A stretch of DNA of 64,000 nt from the human T2T-CHM13v2.0 reference genome, Homo sapiens, in NCBI RefSeq assembly GCF_009914755.1, contig NC_060937.1. One strand, 5' to 3'. Position numbers and translations under genes: made by a program. Below, piece after piece: positions 42,377 to 58,284 of this stretch. The notes beneath the pieces are model-generated. The model saw only the letters and a list, made by a program, of their open reading frames with translations. It did not search any database and was not told the DNA's origin. Position 1 is the first letter of the stretch; every line of letters starts with the position of its first letter.

Positions 42377-42822
42377 AGAATGGTGGGGTGGGGGGCTGGG
42401 GAAGAGCTGTGGTTTGAAAGAAAGATCATTAAGAATTGTATAGTAAGTGCTGGAGGTGGAAAGCATTTTCAGCAGCCATCACATAAGCAAAGGCTCTGAG
42501 ACGAGGAGAGCACTGATTTCAGTGGCAGCCCTGCTGCAGGCGTGTACTGTAAACAAGTGATTAATGGAAGGCATGGTGGGCCTTGCTAGATCAGATCCAT
42601 GCCAGGCACTGCAAAGGCTAGACATTGTGCATGGATAGCATTTCCATGAGTTTTCACAGTGGGCCTGCAAAAAAGGAAACCAACACACATGAAGTCATAA
42701 ACCCTAAACATTGTACCAATTAATCTGAAAACAAAAATTCAGGAAGTGAGAGATGAACATGAATCTGAGAAAAACTCATGGAGGAAAGACCTCAGGCTAA
42801 GCCTTTAAGGGTGGCTAAGATT

Positions 42823-43337
42823 ACTGGGTATATATCCAAAGGATTATAAATCATGCTGCTATAAAGACACATGCACACATATGTTTATAGCGGCACTATT
42901 CACAATACCAAAGACTTGGAACCAACCTAAATGTCCAACAACGATAGACTGGATTAAGAAAATGTGGCACATATCCACCACGGAATACTATGCAGCCATA
43001 AAAAACGATGAGTTCATGTCCTTTGTAGGGACATGGATGAAACTGGAAACCATCATTCTCAGCAAACTATCGCAAGGACAAAAAACCAAACACCACATGT
43101 TCTCACTCATAGGTGGGAATTGAACAACGAGAACACATGGACACAGGAAGGGGAACATCACACACCGGGGACTGTTGTGGGTTGGGGTAGGGGAGGGATA
43201 GCATTAGGAGATATACCTAATGCTGAATGACGAGCTAATGGGTGCAGCACACCAACATGGCACATGTATACATATGTAACAAACCTGCACGTTTTGCACA
43301 TGTACCCTAAAACTTAAAGTATAATAATAAAAAAAAA
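42823..43337 (+). mobile_element. 5'-truncated young L1PA (PA3/PA4-like; not L1HS-Ta)
   Basis: Last ~515 bp of L1 with poly(A). Perfect 16-bp TSD AAGGGTGGCTAAGATT at 42807-42822 and 43338-43353. GAG rather than ACA at the Ta diagnostic position. Confidence 0.95.
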
Positions 43338-43693
43338 AAGGGTGGCTAAGATTTTGATAGCTGGCTGGGAGCAAAAGGAAGAACACCAGAAGCATAAAAA
43401 ATCAGCATTATTTATATTCTGCAGGACAGAAAAGATGTGTTGAGGAGTACAATAAATTATGATTGAATGCCTCTGAGCACTGGGCCCAAATTACACAGGG
43501 CTTTAAAAGCACAAGAGGACTCTGTGAAGTGTAGATGATGGGGAATCACTTCATGGATGGGCTGGAATTGGGAGAAACTGAGGATAAAGCCACCCACTGC
43601 CAAGCAGCTATGTTAATCCAACCCAAAACTGAGGAGTACCAACCAAGACTAGGGCATGGAAGTGAGAAGAGAAAATGGGAGAGTCCCAGGAGA

Positions 43694-43883
43694 GGACTAC
43701 CAGGACTCTGAAATTGTCTGGAATAAGAAGAGATTTCTTGCCCACATCATGCTGGGAAATACTGCGTAGAGCATACGCATCTCTTGTGGAGTGATAGTGC
43801 ACACTAGCATATGGAAGGCCTGCAGGAGGAAAACAGCCACTCTCTCCCTTTCCCCTACTATTCTTAGAAACACACATTGAAAA
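43694..43883 (+). repeat. Dispersed duplicate (copy A) of 46268-46459
   Basis: By manual alignment, 190 bp with 10 substitutions and one 2-bp indel versus copy B. Confidence 0.95.
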
Positions 43884-44879
43884 CCGACATTTCAAAAGCC
43901 CAACAAGATATGTTATCTAAAAGGATTACATAGAGATGAATTCAGTGATGCCACTCAGAGACACTGGATGACTAGGAAGGAAATGCAGTCTGGAAAATAT
44001 AGAATAAGTTTGGTTTAAAATAGATTGAGCCTGGCCAGGGCACAGGCTCTGGAGTGGGAAGACCCTGCATGCTTGCTTCAATCCAAGAGGCTCTACTGCC
44101 TCCCAGCCTTCAGGGGAGTGAAGTCTTTCTCACCTTTGTTGCTGTAATTAATGGATCCCTTCCTCCATTCAACTCCTTCTCCATTGATCCCCCCAGGTTT
44201 GTATGCAGAGCCAGAAACAACTTGGTAAGACAGACTTTCCCACAGTGTGGAGGAGGCAAGATTTTGCCAAAGCGTATACATTATTTTTTTGCCCAATCAT
44301 GTATAGTAGGCAATCCAGGAAACACTATAAATTGCTATGTTCATTACAGCACATCCACTATGTCCTTGGTCTTCACCTAGACCCTTTTTCTACCTTATCT
44401 CACTAAATTTAAACACTAACCCAAGCCCATAGATATTAACCCAATTGTACAGGAAAGAAAGCAAAACTGGGGCCTAAAAAGATTAAATTCGAAATTCACA
44501 CAACTAGAAAAGTAGAATTGGAATTCTAACCCATCCCTTTTTAAATCCGAAGCCTATGTTTTTTTCACTAAAATGTACAGAGATTACTAGTCAAAACACA
44601 ATAGGAATAAGTACATACAAAGTTACTTAAAATGTACTCTGACAACACAGATGAGGGGGCGGCAATTAATTGGTCGAAAGTTCCACCACTTCATCCCTGA
44701 GCCTTCAAGACTCTCACATGGCTGCCATTGAGTATTAGGGATATGTTCACACCTAACTTTTTAGATTAGAACATCTGTAACATTTATTGTTAACTATTTT
44801 AAAAGCACTAACATCTGTGTTTCAAAAGATAATTTAGGAGTTAAACCTTATCACCTCTTCATCCATAAATCAGAATATA

Positions 44880-45560
44880 TATCCCATTATGAAACGGCAA
44901 GAGCACTTTATAAAGGAATAAATACAAACGGCCAAAACCTAAATGAGAAATTTTCCAACATCACTAATAACAACAAAAAAATGGAAATTAAAATAGATGC
45001 CATTTTTCCTCTATCAAAATAGCTCAGAAATTTTTTTTAATCTAAGTGATGAGAGTCAGTGAAAATGATTGCTCACATATCCTGTTGATTAAAATATAAA
45101 TTGATATAATCTTTCTAGGGGACGAATTGGTATTGTAAATCAAAATCATCAGAATATACTAACTCTTTGACCCCGAAATTTTTTATACACAAGGATATCC
45201 ATCACAATGTGATTTAAGTAGTAAAAATTTTAAACCGCCCAATGTCCAACATAAATAATAATCAAACAAAATTGGAGGTAGGATACAATCAAATGCACTG
45301 CAGTTATTTTTTAAAATCACATTACGTAAGAACATAAAATGACTTGGAGAAATGATTATAGCACATCATTAAATAAAGAAAAGCATGTCTCAAAATAGCA
45401 TTGCACCATAATTCAATTTTGTGGAATCTAAGCTGAAGGCCCACCTCAAATCTTAACAAAGATTCTTTTTAGATAATGAGATTATATGTTCTTCTTTGTG
45501 TTTTTATGTGATTTCCAATTTTTCCATATTGAACATATAAGCTTTTTAACATCTGGAACA
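44880..45560 (+). mobile_element. Old L1ME fragment
   Basis: 'aacatcactaataac...ggaaattaaaa...aaaatataaattgatataatctttctagggg...ctctttgacccc...aatgtccaaca'. Confidence 0.6.
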
Positions 45561-45829
45561 AGTCATATTAAAAATCTGATTCTATTCTATTATCTATTCT
45601 ACATTTTCAGGGAAGCCCTGTACCAGTTCAGCTCTTTGAATAGGAATTTTCTCCCTCTCTCCTTTCTCCAGAGAGGACCTCTAGGCCTCTCTACCCTCTC
45701 CCCTGAAATCCCAGCCTTCACCATCCAAGGAGTGCCCAGCTAGTTCCAGCCATTGTCCTGATCACAAACATTTCGGTAAGAATGCCATGCTTGTCCCTTG
45801 AGTCAGACTTTCATCCTCTTCAATCCAAC

Positions 45830-47320
45830 CCGTTCATTCACTTGTGAGTTCAGCAGTCACTGAACATCTACTCTGTGCTAGGCAATATGCTAGATGCCAG
45901 TGACACAAAGCCAATAGGACAATATTCTGACTACGACAAAGTCAGACTTGAGTAGATAGCATGTGCTGTAACCAAGCTTAACGGGCACACAGGGGAGAGC
46001 ATTCAAAAGCAGACCCAGGAAGGCAGGGAAAGCAAGGAAGAATGCTCAGAGGCTGTGATACTCGCCCTAAAACAATGGGAGCAATTTAGATCATAAACTC
46101 ATGGAAAGATACTCTAGGCAGAAGAAAGGCCAGTGCAATGCACATAGGTGAGGAAAAGCATCATATATTCTGGCAGCCTCAAGGATCTCCACTTGACTGG
46201 AGTACAGTGTGCAAGGGTGAGTGTCAGGAGATAATATTGCAAGAGTATGTCCCAAATTATGTTACATGGACTACCAGGACTCTGAAATTATCCCTGGATT
46301 AAGAAGAGATTTCTTGCCCACATCACTCTGGGAAATGCCGTGTAGAGCATACGCATCTCTTGTGGAGTGATAGTGCACACTAGCATATTGAAGGCCTGCA
46401 GGAGGAAAACAGCCACTCTCTCCCTTTCCCCGGCTATTCTTAGAAACACACATTGAAAAAAATACTGAACCAGAGAAGTGGGGAGGATCCAGAGGATAAA
46501 GGCCTGTGTATTAAGCTAAGGAATTTTCTCTTTGCCCTGAAAGCTCTTTGGAACCTTGATAGCTTTCAAACAAAGAAGCCTCATGATAAGGGCTGTGGTT
46601 TAGAAAAAACCACTCTGGCACCGCTAAAGAGCCTGGAGGAAAAAGAGTAGAAGAGGAAACAGAAAATAGTACTCAGGAGGCTGTGACAGGAATAGAGAGT
46701 CGCAGAAATGTGGCCCTAAAACAAAAACTAAGGAAGCAGAAGTGGGATTAAGATGGTGGACTAGAGAATTTGACCCAAAGCAGACTTGGTGGCTTAGTCT
46801 ACGTAATAGTGATGGATACAAATGTGGTGGAAATCAGGACTAAGTGTGTGAGAGAGAACTCTCTAACATGTGTCTCAGTTTCTCCCTAGGGTCATGGGAC
46901 AGGAGAAAGCATGCTTTGAACAAAATGTAATAAATGGAGTTGCGGACATATCTCACACGTGATAGGAAAAATGAGTCTGAAGCTCAGCAGAGAGATATAA
47001 ATGGACAATACAGACCAGGAAGGCATTAGAATACAGTCACATATGAAACCATGGCCTTAGATGGGAAATACATCACAATGAGAATAGAGGTTCAGGGCAT
47101 AACCCTGGGTAATACCGAAGTTTGGCCAACAATAGTAAATCTACAAAAGTGGTAAGACGTGGCCACAGAGAACATTTGAAAACCCCAAAAGAGAAATGTC
47201 AAGGAAGCTAAAAGAGAAGCACGTGAAGATACCAGGTGCAGCCACTGGGATTAAATACCAAAGAGATCCAATGAGTGTGAACAGGAATATATCTATTGGC
47301 TTTGGCAAAATGTCACTAAT
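45830..47320 (-). mobile_element. L2 LINE (antisense), interrupted by a MER at about 46240-46467
   Basis: Starts 'ttcattcac...tgaacatctactctgtgctaggc' and continues as degenerate purine-rich L2 sequence. Confidence 0.7.
46240..46467. mobile_element. hAT-Charlie MER-type MITE (copy B, with both termini)
   Basis: Degenerate TIRs 'gagtatgtcccaaattatgtt' and 'aacacacattgaaaaaaatactg', resembling the CAGTGTTTCCCAAAGTGTGTT type. Internal 'gcacactagcatattgaaggc...cctgcag'. Confidence 0.6.
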
Positions 47321-50300
47321 CAGAGGGAAGCTGTCCTTCCAAGAGCTGACAGAGAGAGGGTGATTAGGACTGAATAAAATTTTGGTATTTGGGCTTTGAC
47401 TGTTTTGGCTTTCGCCTGGGAAATAACTGAGTCTGTTTATTCTATGTTGAGAGTCAAAGGGAGGTACTGAGGGGGATGTCAGTGAGAAGGGAGGTTAAAG
47501 AAAATAGAGAGGGGTGGCTAACAGAGGGGTCTGGGGAAGCAGAAGGGATAGAATGCACAGTACAGAGCTGGAAAGGAGGAGAGCCCCTTAATCCTCTTAC
47601 ATTTTGGTGTAGGAGGCAGAGGAGCTTGAAGGCAGCAAGGGAGGAATCTGAGAATACACTCACCCAATGGCTTTAACCTAACCAACGTCAGGTTTTGAAA
47701 GGCGTGAAGGGATCTGAGACAGAAGATTGGGTTTCAGAGGAGAATTAGTTCATCACCTGAATCACAAGAAAAGGAAGATTCTGGCAATGTCAAATCTGCA
47801 TTTAAAGCTTCTGAAATTAAAATCAACTCAATATAGAAAAATGTCAATATTAGTGTTAAAATAGATGAGCACAATTATCAAGGTAAAGTTCATCAGATTT
47901 AAATATGTGCCTATTTATGTCATGCATATGCATTTTCTATGCACCTTTTTAAAATAGGAACTTTTCCTTTGGTGTGTAGATTTGGGGAAATGTAAACATC
48001 AAAGCTCGAACTTTCCTTTTATCTTTTCCCCCTCGAATCTGGGATCTTTTAAAGGTTTAAGAAAACCACAAATAATATAGAGACAATATTTTTATTTACT
48101 ATTCTTATTAATACTACTTTCAAATTTCTATGTAATGAAGTGTTATCAATTATTAGACTAATAATGTTTCTTCATTTTCACCATTGATTTCTTTTAAAGT
48201 CTCTGAGATAATTTAAAAAATTAAGATATTGACTAAATGGGTTCAGTGATGGGATGCATAAGACCATCTAACACTGCAGCAGAAACCTAATCAACCAAGT
48301 GGATTCTTACACCATGGCCTGAAGACAAAAAAAAAAAAATCCACACCTGGAGTAAAAATGCTAAGCCCATTGAGATGCTATTTTTGGTTCCTTGATTACG
48401 GTAAAATATCATCAGTGCATGTTTTTCAAAGAAAAATGAAATGCACACAGTATGAAGGCAAATCAAGAAAGCTGGAGCTTCTAAAATTGACTATAGACTC
48501 CACTACCACCACAGCTTCTCCTCTGTCCTTAGAAGATGCAATGCTTCATTCCAAGGCAGAATGACGTTGGAAACTGAATCAGAGAGCTTCACACCCTGGG
48601 AACCCAAGCATACAAGGGAAGTCTAAAGAGCCATTGGTCTGGTCTTAGAAAGACCAAGGGCTTAAGAAAATCTTCAAGGCTCCCCAATGCAGGTCAGTTC
48701 ATCTTTCCTACAAATCCAGATTCTGACACAACCAAAAACAATCATTACAACCCTACTTCTTTGTTTAACTGAATGTGTCCTCTTGACTATTTTGATTTAA
48801 TTTATTGTCTATCCCATACTTCATTCACAATTCATAAGGGAGTTAACTATTTATAGAAAAACCTTTAGAATAAAAGAAATACTCATTATTTAATTCATCA
48901 GGCCTGTAAATCCACATTTCTTGTACTCTGTTAGGGTTGTAGAAAGATAGGCTTGCTTGTAATTATAGTTCCTAGGAGCCAGGCATCATGCTTTTTTGTT
49001 TAATTTTTATTAACGTCATTTAACTTGCACTAAAGTTTTTTCAAGACTATCCACTTCCAGTAACAATAAAAAGGCTGGAGAACTGGTTTGAAAACGTTGG
49101 GAATCATGAAATTCCAGGCAGCCAGAAGTGGAGCCCAAATCATGCCTTACATAAGGTCTGGATAAGCTTATAAAAGCCAGGATGTTGTGGCTGTCATTGC
49201 TGTTGTTCATTGCACATTATCCTTGGTAGAACTGACACCATGGCCAATACTGAATAAGGGATGCTGCTACTATGACACCCTGGAACTTAACCCAGGGTAC
49301 CACTGCCACCACCATATAAATACTTCCCAGCCATTCTCTTCTAGCAACATCACAGGCTGCAGACTCAGTACTCAGTAAGGACATCTGATTGGCTGGGCAA
49401 GTTCACTTGCACACCCTCCAGCAGCTGAGGAGATGGGAAATGAAATATATGCCTCCCTTCAGCTTTCCTGAGATTTTTCCCCAAAGCAGGAAAGATAGGT
49501 GGATGCTGGGCAGCTAATCCCAACAAATATCCACAACAGGGTAGCAATCTGCACCCAATAAGTATTTAAAAACTGTTCTTGGGAATGATATAGAAATATC
49601 TTTTTGCATTTAAAAAAGTGGATAGGAATTTTGTTGCAGAAAACTGTGTGAGAAACCATGCTAGTTCTCTTTGTTTTTTAATGCCTCAAAGGTATTTCTA
49701 AATAATGTTGCATAGAGATGTTGATTGTATGGACACTTTTTGGAAGAGAAATAAAGGCCAATTTTCACCTCCTGAGCCATCTTCATAATTTTCACATTAG
49801 GGAGAAAATAAAAACACAGTAACTGTATTGGAACACAGGCTTTAATGAGCTAATGTATAATAAATTGGCCTCCGTGGAGCCTGAATAGAAAGAACATGGT
49901 GTGACTATGGCACTGTCTGTTCTATCTCTACTCTTTGAGGCTTTGAGACCTAAGGAAGGCTTCTGCAGAGAGGACACTCAGGAGCCGCGTTTCCCCCAGC
50001 CAGCCTCAGCACAGATTAAGGAAGGAGGAACTATGTTCATTCAAAGAAAGAGAAGTCACAGCTCTTTGAATGTCCCTGCATGCTTGAGTTCATTCGTTCG
50101 TTCATTCATTATTTACTTATTTATGAATTAAATGTATTCTACATGTTGTGCATAATGTCATAGGCTGGTGAGCAAGATGGACAGGGTCCTTCTTTTCCCT
50201 CTGATGTTTTTCTTTTTGGAAATATCTGGCCCCTTCCTACAGACACTGATATGAGTTTCTTTGGAAGAGCACACAATGCTCCCTAATGCAGTGAGGACAG

Positions 50301-52021
50301 ATGAGGCAAATGTCTGTCCATCGGTAGAGTTAGAGTCAGGAGAATGCTAGATTCAACCCTGAGGTGCTCTTGCCCATGACTTAGCCTACCAAAGGTCTCC
50401 TTTTTCTTTTCTCTGGTCAGGTGATAAATTCATACATCAGGTCAGAAAGACAGAAACAACTTTTAAAATTCAAGTTGCTTATATGAACAATCCATTCACC
50501 TCTGAGAGTTTGTGTAGGTTAAGAAGATATGCAGTCCAATCAATTCAGAACACTTTTGGTCCCATCTGCCAGTTCGCACCCTCCTCATAAACTGTCCTTG
50601 CACACTCTTTGTATGCTGATGACTTTAAAATGACTCTTACAGGATGAGAGAAAGGTGTTGTGAGGCATCCATAGTTTCTTCTTTAGAATCTTTTTTATTA
50701 GATAATTATCATCTTTGAATGACATTTTTAAAATGTCTTTAAGGACTTTGTGCTGTACCACACACTAATCAAAACACATTAGTCACTGAAAGCAGAACTC
50801 ATATTCAAAAGTAGTCTACACTTACATGGATTTGCTACAGGAAAGGGCAATGAAGCAAAGTACAAAAAAAAAAGCAAGAAAACTGACCTACAGTATAACA
50901 CAAAAAACTAAGCTAAGCTAAACTAAAGTAATAATAATGATGATATTGACTGCTAACATTTATTGAGGACTTCCTACATTCCAACATTATCCTAAATTCT
51001 TGGTTTTATTACTTTATCTTCCTACAAACCTATCAGGAATACAGTGAAGGTAAGCTGTGCATTGTATTCCATCTGCTGGGGTTGGAAGGTTGGGACCTTC
51101 TGTTTAACCACAGGTTTGGTGGAGGCAGTGGTATTTTAACCAATATGGGCTTAGAGGATGGTGCTGTGCCAGGCACAGGGATATGGAAAGCAGAAGAGAC
51201 AGAAATGGTGAGCATGAACTGTCTTTGACTGAAAAGAAAAAGAAGGTAAAACTAGGCAGTACAGGGAGCCCAACTATGCTTTGAGACAAAGGGAAGAAAA
51301 AAATTTCTATGCAGAAAGTGATGAGGATTCACTGGACTCAACCAGAAGAGAGACCTGCAAGGCATCAAATGAAGAGAGAAATGCAGCCAGTGTACTTGCT
51401 GGGGAGGCGAGAATGCTGTAGTGAGGGGCTAAGGTTTCCAGGGCCCAGGTGGGGGAAATCAGAACATAGGCATAGATGTGGCTCTGTGATCCAATGGAAA
51501 AAGAATAGAAACTGGGATGTTAGAACCAGCAGGCTAACATGACAGATTGGACGTGGGTGGAGAAAAAATAAAAAAATAAAGACGGCACCAAGGCAGAATA
51601 GGAAAGAGGGACTTTGGTGTCTGCAGCAATGTGTGTATAGAGCTGTCTTTTCTCCATTCGCTACTCTTCTTAATCTGATCCTGTACCGATAGCAACCACT
51701 CGAATTTTCAAAACATCCTAGCACTTTCCTCTATATATGCTGCCCTTGTCATTGCTAGCATTTCTCAGATGTCATGTTGCATTGGCAACTGCCATTCCCT
51801 GCTCCTTGTTATTTCCTTCAAATCCTAAAACCCAAAGTTCATTCGGCCAGATTCTCCCCTCCTAAGAAGGATGCAGACCTTAAGGCTCAGAATGGTTCAG
51901 GTGGCTGCAGAGTTCACTGTTAGAGCAACTCGCAGCCCAAGCAGCCAAGCATGTCTCAGCAGTGCCTACACATTCAAACAGCCCAGCTGAGAAGGAACGA
52001 GAAGCAGGAGGCCAAGAGGTT

Positions 52022-52490
52022 TGGAGTAGACTGAATAACAGTCCCTAAAGGTATCCATGCTCCAATCCCTGGGATCTGTGGACATTACCCTATTTGGCAA
52101 AAAGACTTTGGAAATGTGCTTAAGGTAAGGATGGAGATTATCCCCGATGATCCCTATGGATCCTAATTGCCACCACAGTGTCTTTATAAGAGAGAAGGAG
52201 AGGAAGTTTGAGTACAAAGGAGGAGAAGACAGGCGATGACAGAAGCAGAAACTGGAGTGATGATGCTGCAATCTAAGAAATGCTGCAGCCATCAGAAGCT
52301 GGAAATGACAAGGCATCAGAAGCTTGGAAATGACAAGCCATCAGAAGCTGGAAATGACTCTTCCCTGGAGCCCCAGAAGGAACCACCCCTCCCGACATTT
52401 GGCCTGTAACTCCCTAAGACTCATTTAGGACTTGTGGCCTCCAGAGCTTTAAGACAATTAATTTCTGTTGTTTTCATCAGCAACAGGAAT
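52022..52490 (+). mobile_element. MLT1B/C-type LTR
   Basis: 'agactgaataacagtccctaaaggtatccatg...aatccctgggatctgtggacattacc...gacttgtggcctccagagctttaagacaattaatttctgttgttt'. Confidence 0.8.
52288..52358. repeat. Tandem triplication of a 24/25-bp unit inside the MLT1
   Basis: GCCATCAGAAGCTGGAAATGACAA / GGCATCAGAAGCTTGGAAATGACAA / GCCATCAGAAGCTGGAAATGAC. Confidence 0.95.
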
Positions 52491-53916
52491 TGTATGTTCT
52501 TCCCTCAACTGGCCTGGACAGAGAGGCCCAATCATTAAAGAAAAGACCCCTCTCGCCATGTCAATATTGATCCAAAGGGGCACCATCTTTCACATTTTCC
52601 TCAAGAACCCAAAGTAATGCATATATTTACCTATTTTGAACAGGGCCCTGAATAATCTTAATCTTACAAGCTTTCTTTCATCCCTCCTATTCCCCAACCC
52701 CAAGTACTCAACTGTCTAGAATCCCCACCCCCCACATCTGTTCTGCTCTTCCCCAGTACCCTGCCCTTGCTCATGCAGGAACTCCAGCAAGAACTGTCCT
52801 ATCCCTTGTTTTTCATTCTTAAAATGCCAATCAACCCTCAGAGACAGCAGAAAACTGACTTCTTCTCCAATCCTTCCTTCCATCTACAAAATGCGTTGCT
52901 CTCTCCTTTGCATCCCCATGACTTGAGAACATTGAGCACGAATCACATCTAATTCATTATTTATGTACCAGATGGTGAGCTCCTCATGTCCTCCTTCTCA
53001 GCAAAATGCCTGCTATGTTTGGGCATTAAATGGACAGTTGTACTTGATGTGTGAGTGAAAGAAGCCATGAGACTGTCTTCTCTCCCTTTTTTTTTTTGTC
53101 CCCCATGCCCACATTCCAAGCTCTGCATTTAATTCTTAACTTCCCCATTTTAAAAATGAGTTCATATGCCCTAGGGGTATCTTTAAGTTAAATGAAAAAT
53201 GATTTTCTTAAATGTAGTTTAACAATTCCCACTACATTAAAAAATAAATAATCATCATTCTAACTATTAATAGCTTATTTGCATCCCACTATAATTGATT
53301 CAAAAGCGACTACTATTTTAGACTTTACCCTCTAAGAATTTACATTTGGAAAGGGCACAGTGATGGGACAGACTATTTACTGGGGTCAGAGCAGAAGGGT
53401 TCATCAAAAACTACAGGATCAATATGGGTGAACTTTAAAAACCAAACCCTGAGACAGAGCCAAGACTTACAAATGAGCCACTATCTGCTATCTTCTTCCC
53501 CAACTCCCTGCCAGCTAACAAGATGGTGCTGGTCCAGAGCCTAGGTCTTTCTGTTGTAGAATCTGAAGAATAGTTGGAGAGGTATAGAAGAGGAGATTAA
53601 GAAGAAACCTGCAAGTGTAATCAGAGATTTCACAACATGTATAATAAAGGGCTCAGGCAGGGTGGGGGCAGAGGGAAGAAAACCCTGTGAGGCTGAGCTG
53701 TGAGGGAAGGTTTGGAGTTTGCTATGGGAAAGGCTGCAGGGTCTAGAAGAATTGAAAAGGGGAGGCCAAGGTGGCTTCAGATCCCCTTGACAGTATTTTT
53801 AAAAGATGCAGGTTAAAAAATTGATTTTCTTGTTATTTATATTTTGATACCTAATTGAACTTCTCCAACTTGACCTCTTTTAAAAACAACAACAAGAAAA
53901 AAAAAAAAAAAAAACA

Positions 53917-56418
<2,502 letters not shown>

Positions 56419-57708
56419 GTGGATATAATCAGTGAAAACTAAAAAAAAATTTAAAAACCAGAAGCCCTTGAGTTATATAAGAAAACAGAAAATTTGTTAT
56501 TACTAACTTTGTGTAAGCAGAGCAGTTCAAGAACTTTCTTGGGCTCCAAAAATCTCACTCCACAACATGATGCCAGCAACCATCACATGTGTAGTACATC
56601 TCTTTCAAGGTCAATATCTTAATTTTCTCCTCTTTAAACAGAATTATCCCAGGTTCCTGATTTGATAGTGCAGTTCCAGGTTCTTGATCCCAGCCTTATA
56701 TTCTAACTACTGCCTTTAAAAATAGACATGTGGATCAATAAAGCAGAATACAGAATGCAGAAATAAAGCCTCATACCTACTGCCAACTAATCTTCAAGAA
56801 AGTCAGTACAACAAGAACATTCACTGGGGAAAGGACACCCTAACGGTGTGGGTAAAATTGGATTGCCATATGCAGAAAGTGCAACTGGACCCCATCTCTC
56901 ACCATACACAAAAATTAATTCAAGATAAATTAAAGCTTAAATGTCAGACCTGAAACTATAAAAATACTAGAAGACAGTTCAAGGAAAACTCTTTTGGACA
57001 TTGGTTTTGTCAAAGAATTCATGACAAGGCCTCAAAAGCAAATGCGCTGAAAACAAAAATAGACAAATGGGACTTAATTGAACTAAAAATCTCCAGAGCA
57101 AAAGAAATCATCAACAGAGTGAACAGATCACCTGCAGAATGGGAGAAAATACTTGCAAACTATGCATCCAAGAAAAGACTAATATCCAGAACCTACAAGG
57201 AACTCAAACATTTCAACAACAACGACAAAAAATAACACCATTTAAAAGTGGGCAAAGAACATGAGCAGGTATTTTTCAAAAGCAGACATACAAGTGGCCA
57301 GCAAATAGATGGAAAAATGTGCCATATCACTAATCATCAGAAAAATACAAATCAAAACCGCAATGAGATGCCATCTTACATCAGTCAGAATGGCTACTAC
57401 TAAAAATTCAAAAAAAGAATAGATGTTGCCAAGGATGCAGAGAAAAGGGAACACATACACTGTTGATGGGAATGTAAATTAGTACAACCTCTATGGAAAA
57501 CAGTATGGAGATTTCTCAAAGTACTAAAAATGAAACTACCATTCGATCTAGCAATCTCACTACTGGATATATACTTAAACAAAAAGAAATCAATACACCA
57601 AAAAGATATCTGCACTCAAATGTTCATTACAGCACTATTCACAAAAAAAAAGATATAAAATCAACCTAAGTGTCCATCAAAAGATGGTTGGATAAAGAAA
57701 ATGTGATT

Positions 57709-57772
57709 ATATATATATATATATCTCCATGGAATATATACATATATATATCTCCATGGAATATATACATAC

Positions 57773-57815
<43 letters not shown>
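57709..57815. repeat. Compound (TA)n/(CA)n microsatellite with a duplicated ATCTCCATGGAATATATACAT block
   Basis: Seen directly in the sequence. Confidence 0.95.
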
Positions 57816-57820
<5 letters not shown>

Positions 57821-58284
57821 GAGATTGGTCAGGGTGGAGGGAAAAGTTATAAGCAAAGACACAAACCTTCTAGGAAGGCTGGGAGGTTTTGCAAAGCTTC
57901 AGGAGAGAATAAAAGCTGAAGGCACTTAATTATCTCACCCTGAAGCAGAGGGCGAGAAGTAGGTGCAAGGGAATGTAAGGCACTTTATCTAGATAAGTTT
58001 ATTTACTTATGTTGTCCGGACACCAACCTTTGATCATCCGCACTCAACACTGCTCCCTGCAAGGGGGGACAACAATATTAATAATCCACAGGTTGTGCTG
58101 GCTCCAGGCACTTGACATTAAATCCATACTGAATAAATACAAGCAGGTCCAGCTTATTGAGGCTGCACTCTCGTCAGCGGCATTGAACCGTGCAGTCCCC
58201 TAGCCATGCTCTCAGGCAAGATACTTGTGTCTGCGTACTTCTTTCATCCATTGCTCAGCCAGAGTCTGTGGGACAGACTCAGCA
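57816..58284 (+). mobile_element. LTR22 solo LTR (HERV-K HML-5)
   Basis: Starts '(ca)taggagattggtcagggtggagggaaaagttata', has AATAAA at about 58132, and ends 'gagtctgtgggacagactcagca'. About 470 bp, matching recalled LTR22 termini. Confidence 0.85.

Noticed and set aside
43608-43895. Similar ORFs at 43608-43895 and 46271-46453 suggesting a duplicated small gene
   Set aside because: The similarity comes entirely from the 190-bp duplicated MER fragment. The frames diverge at the indel and there are no exon signals.
56419-56470. Possible L1 3' transduction (short unique stretch then a second A-run)
   Set aside because: No convincing TSD or poly(A) signal, and A-runs are frequent here.
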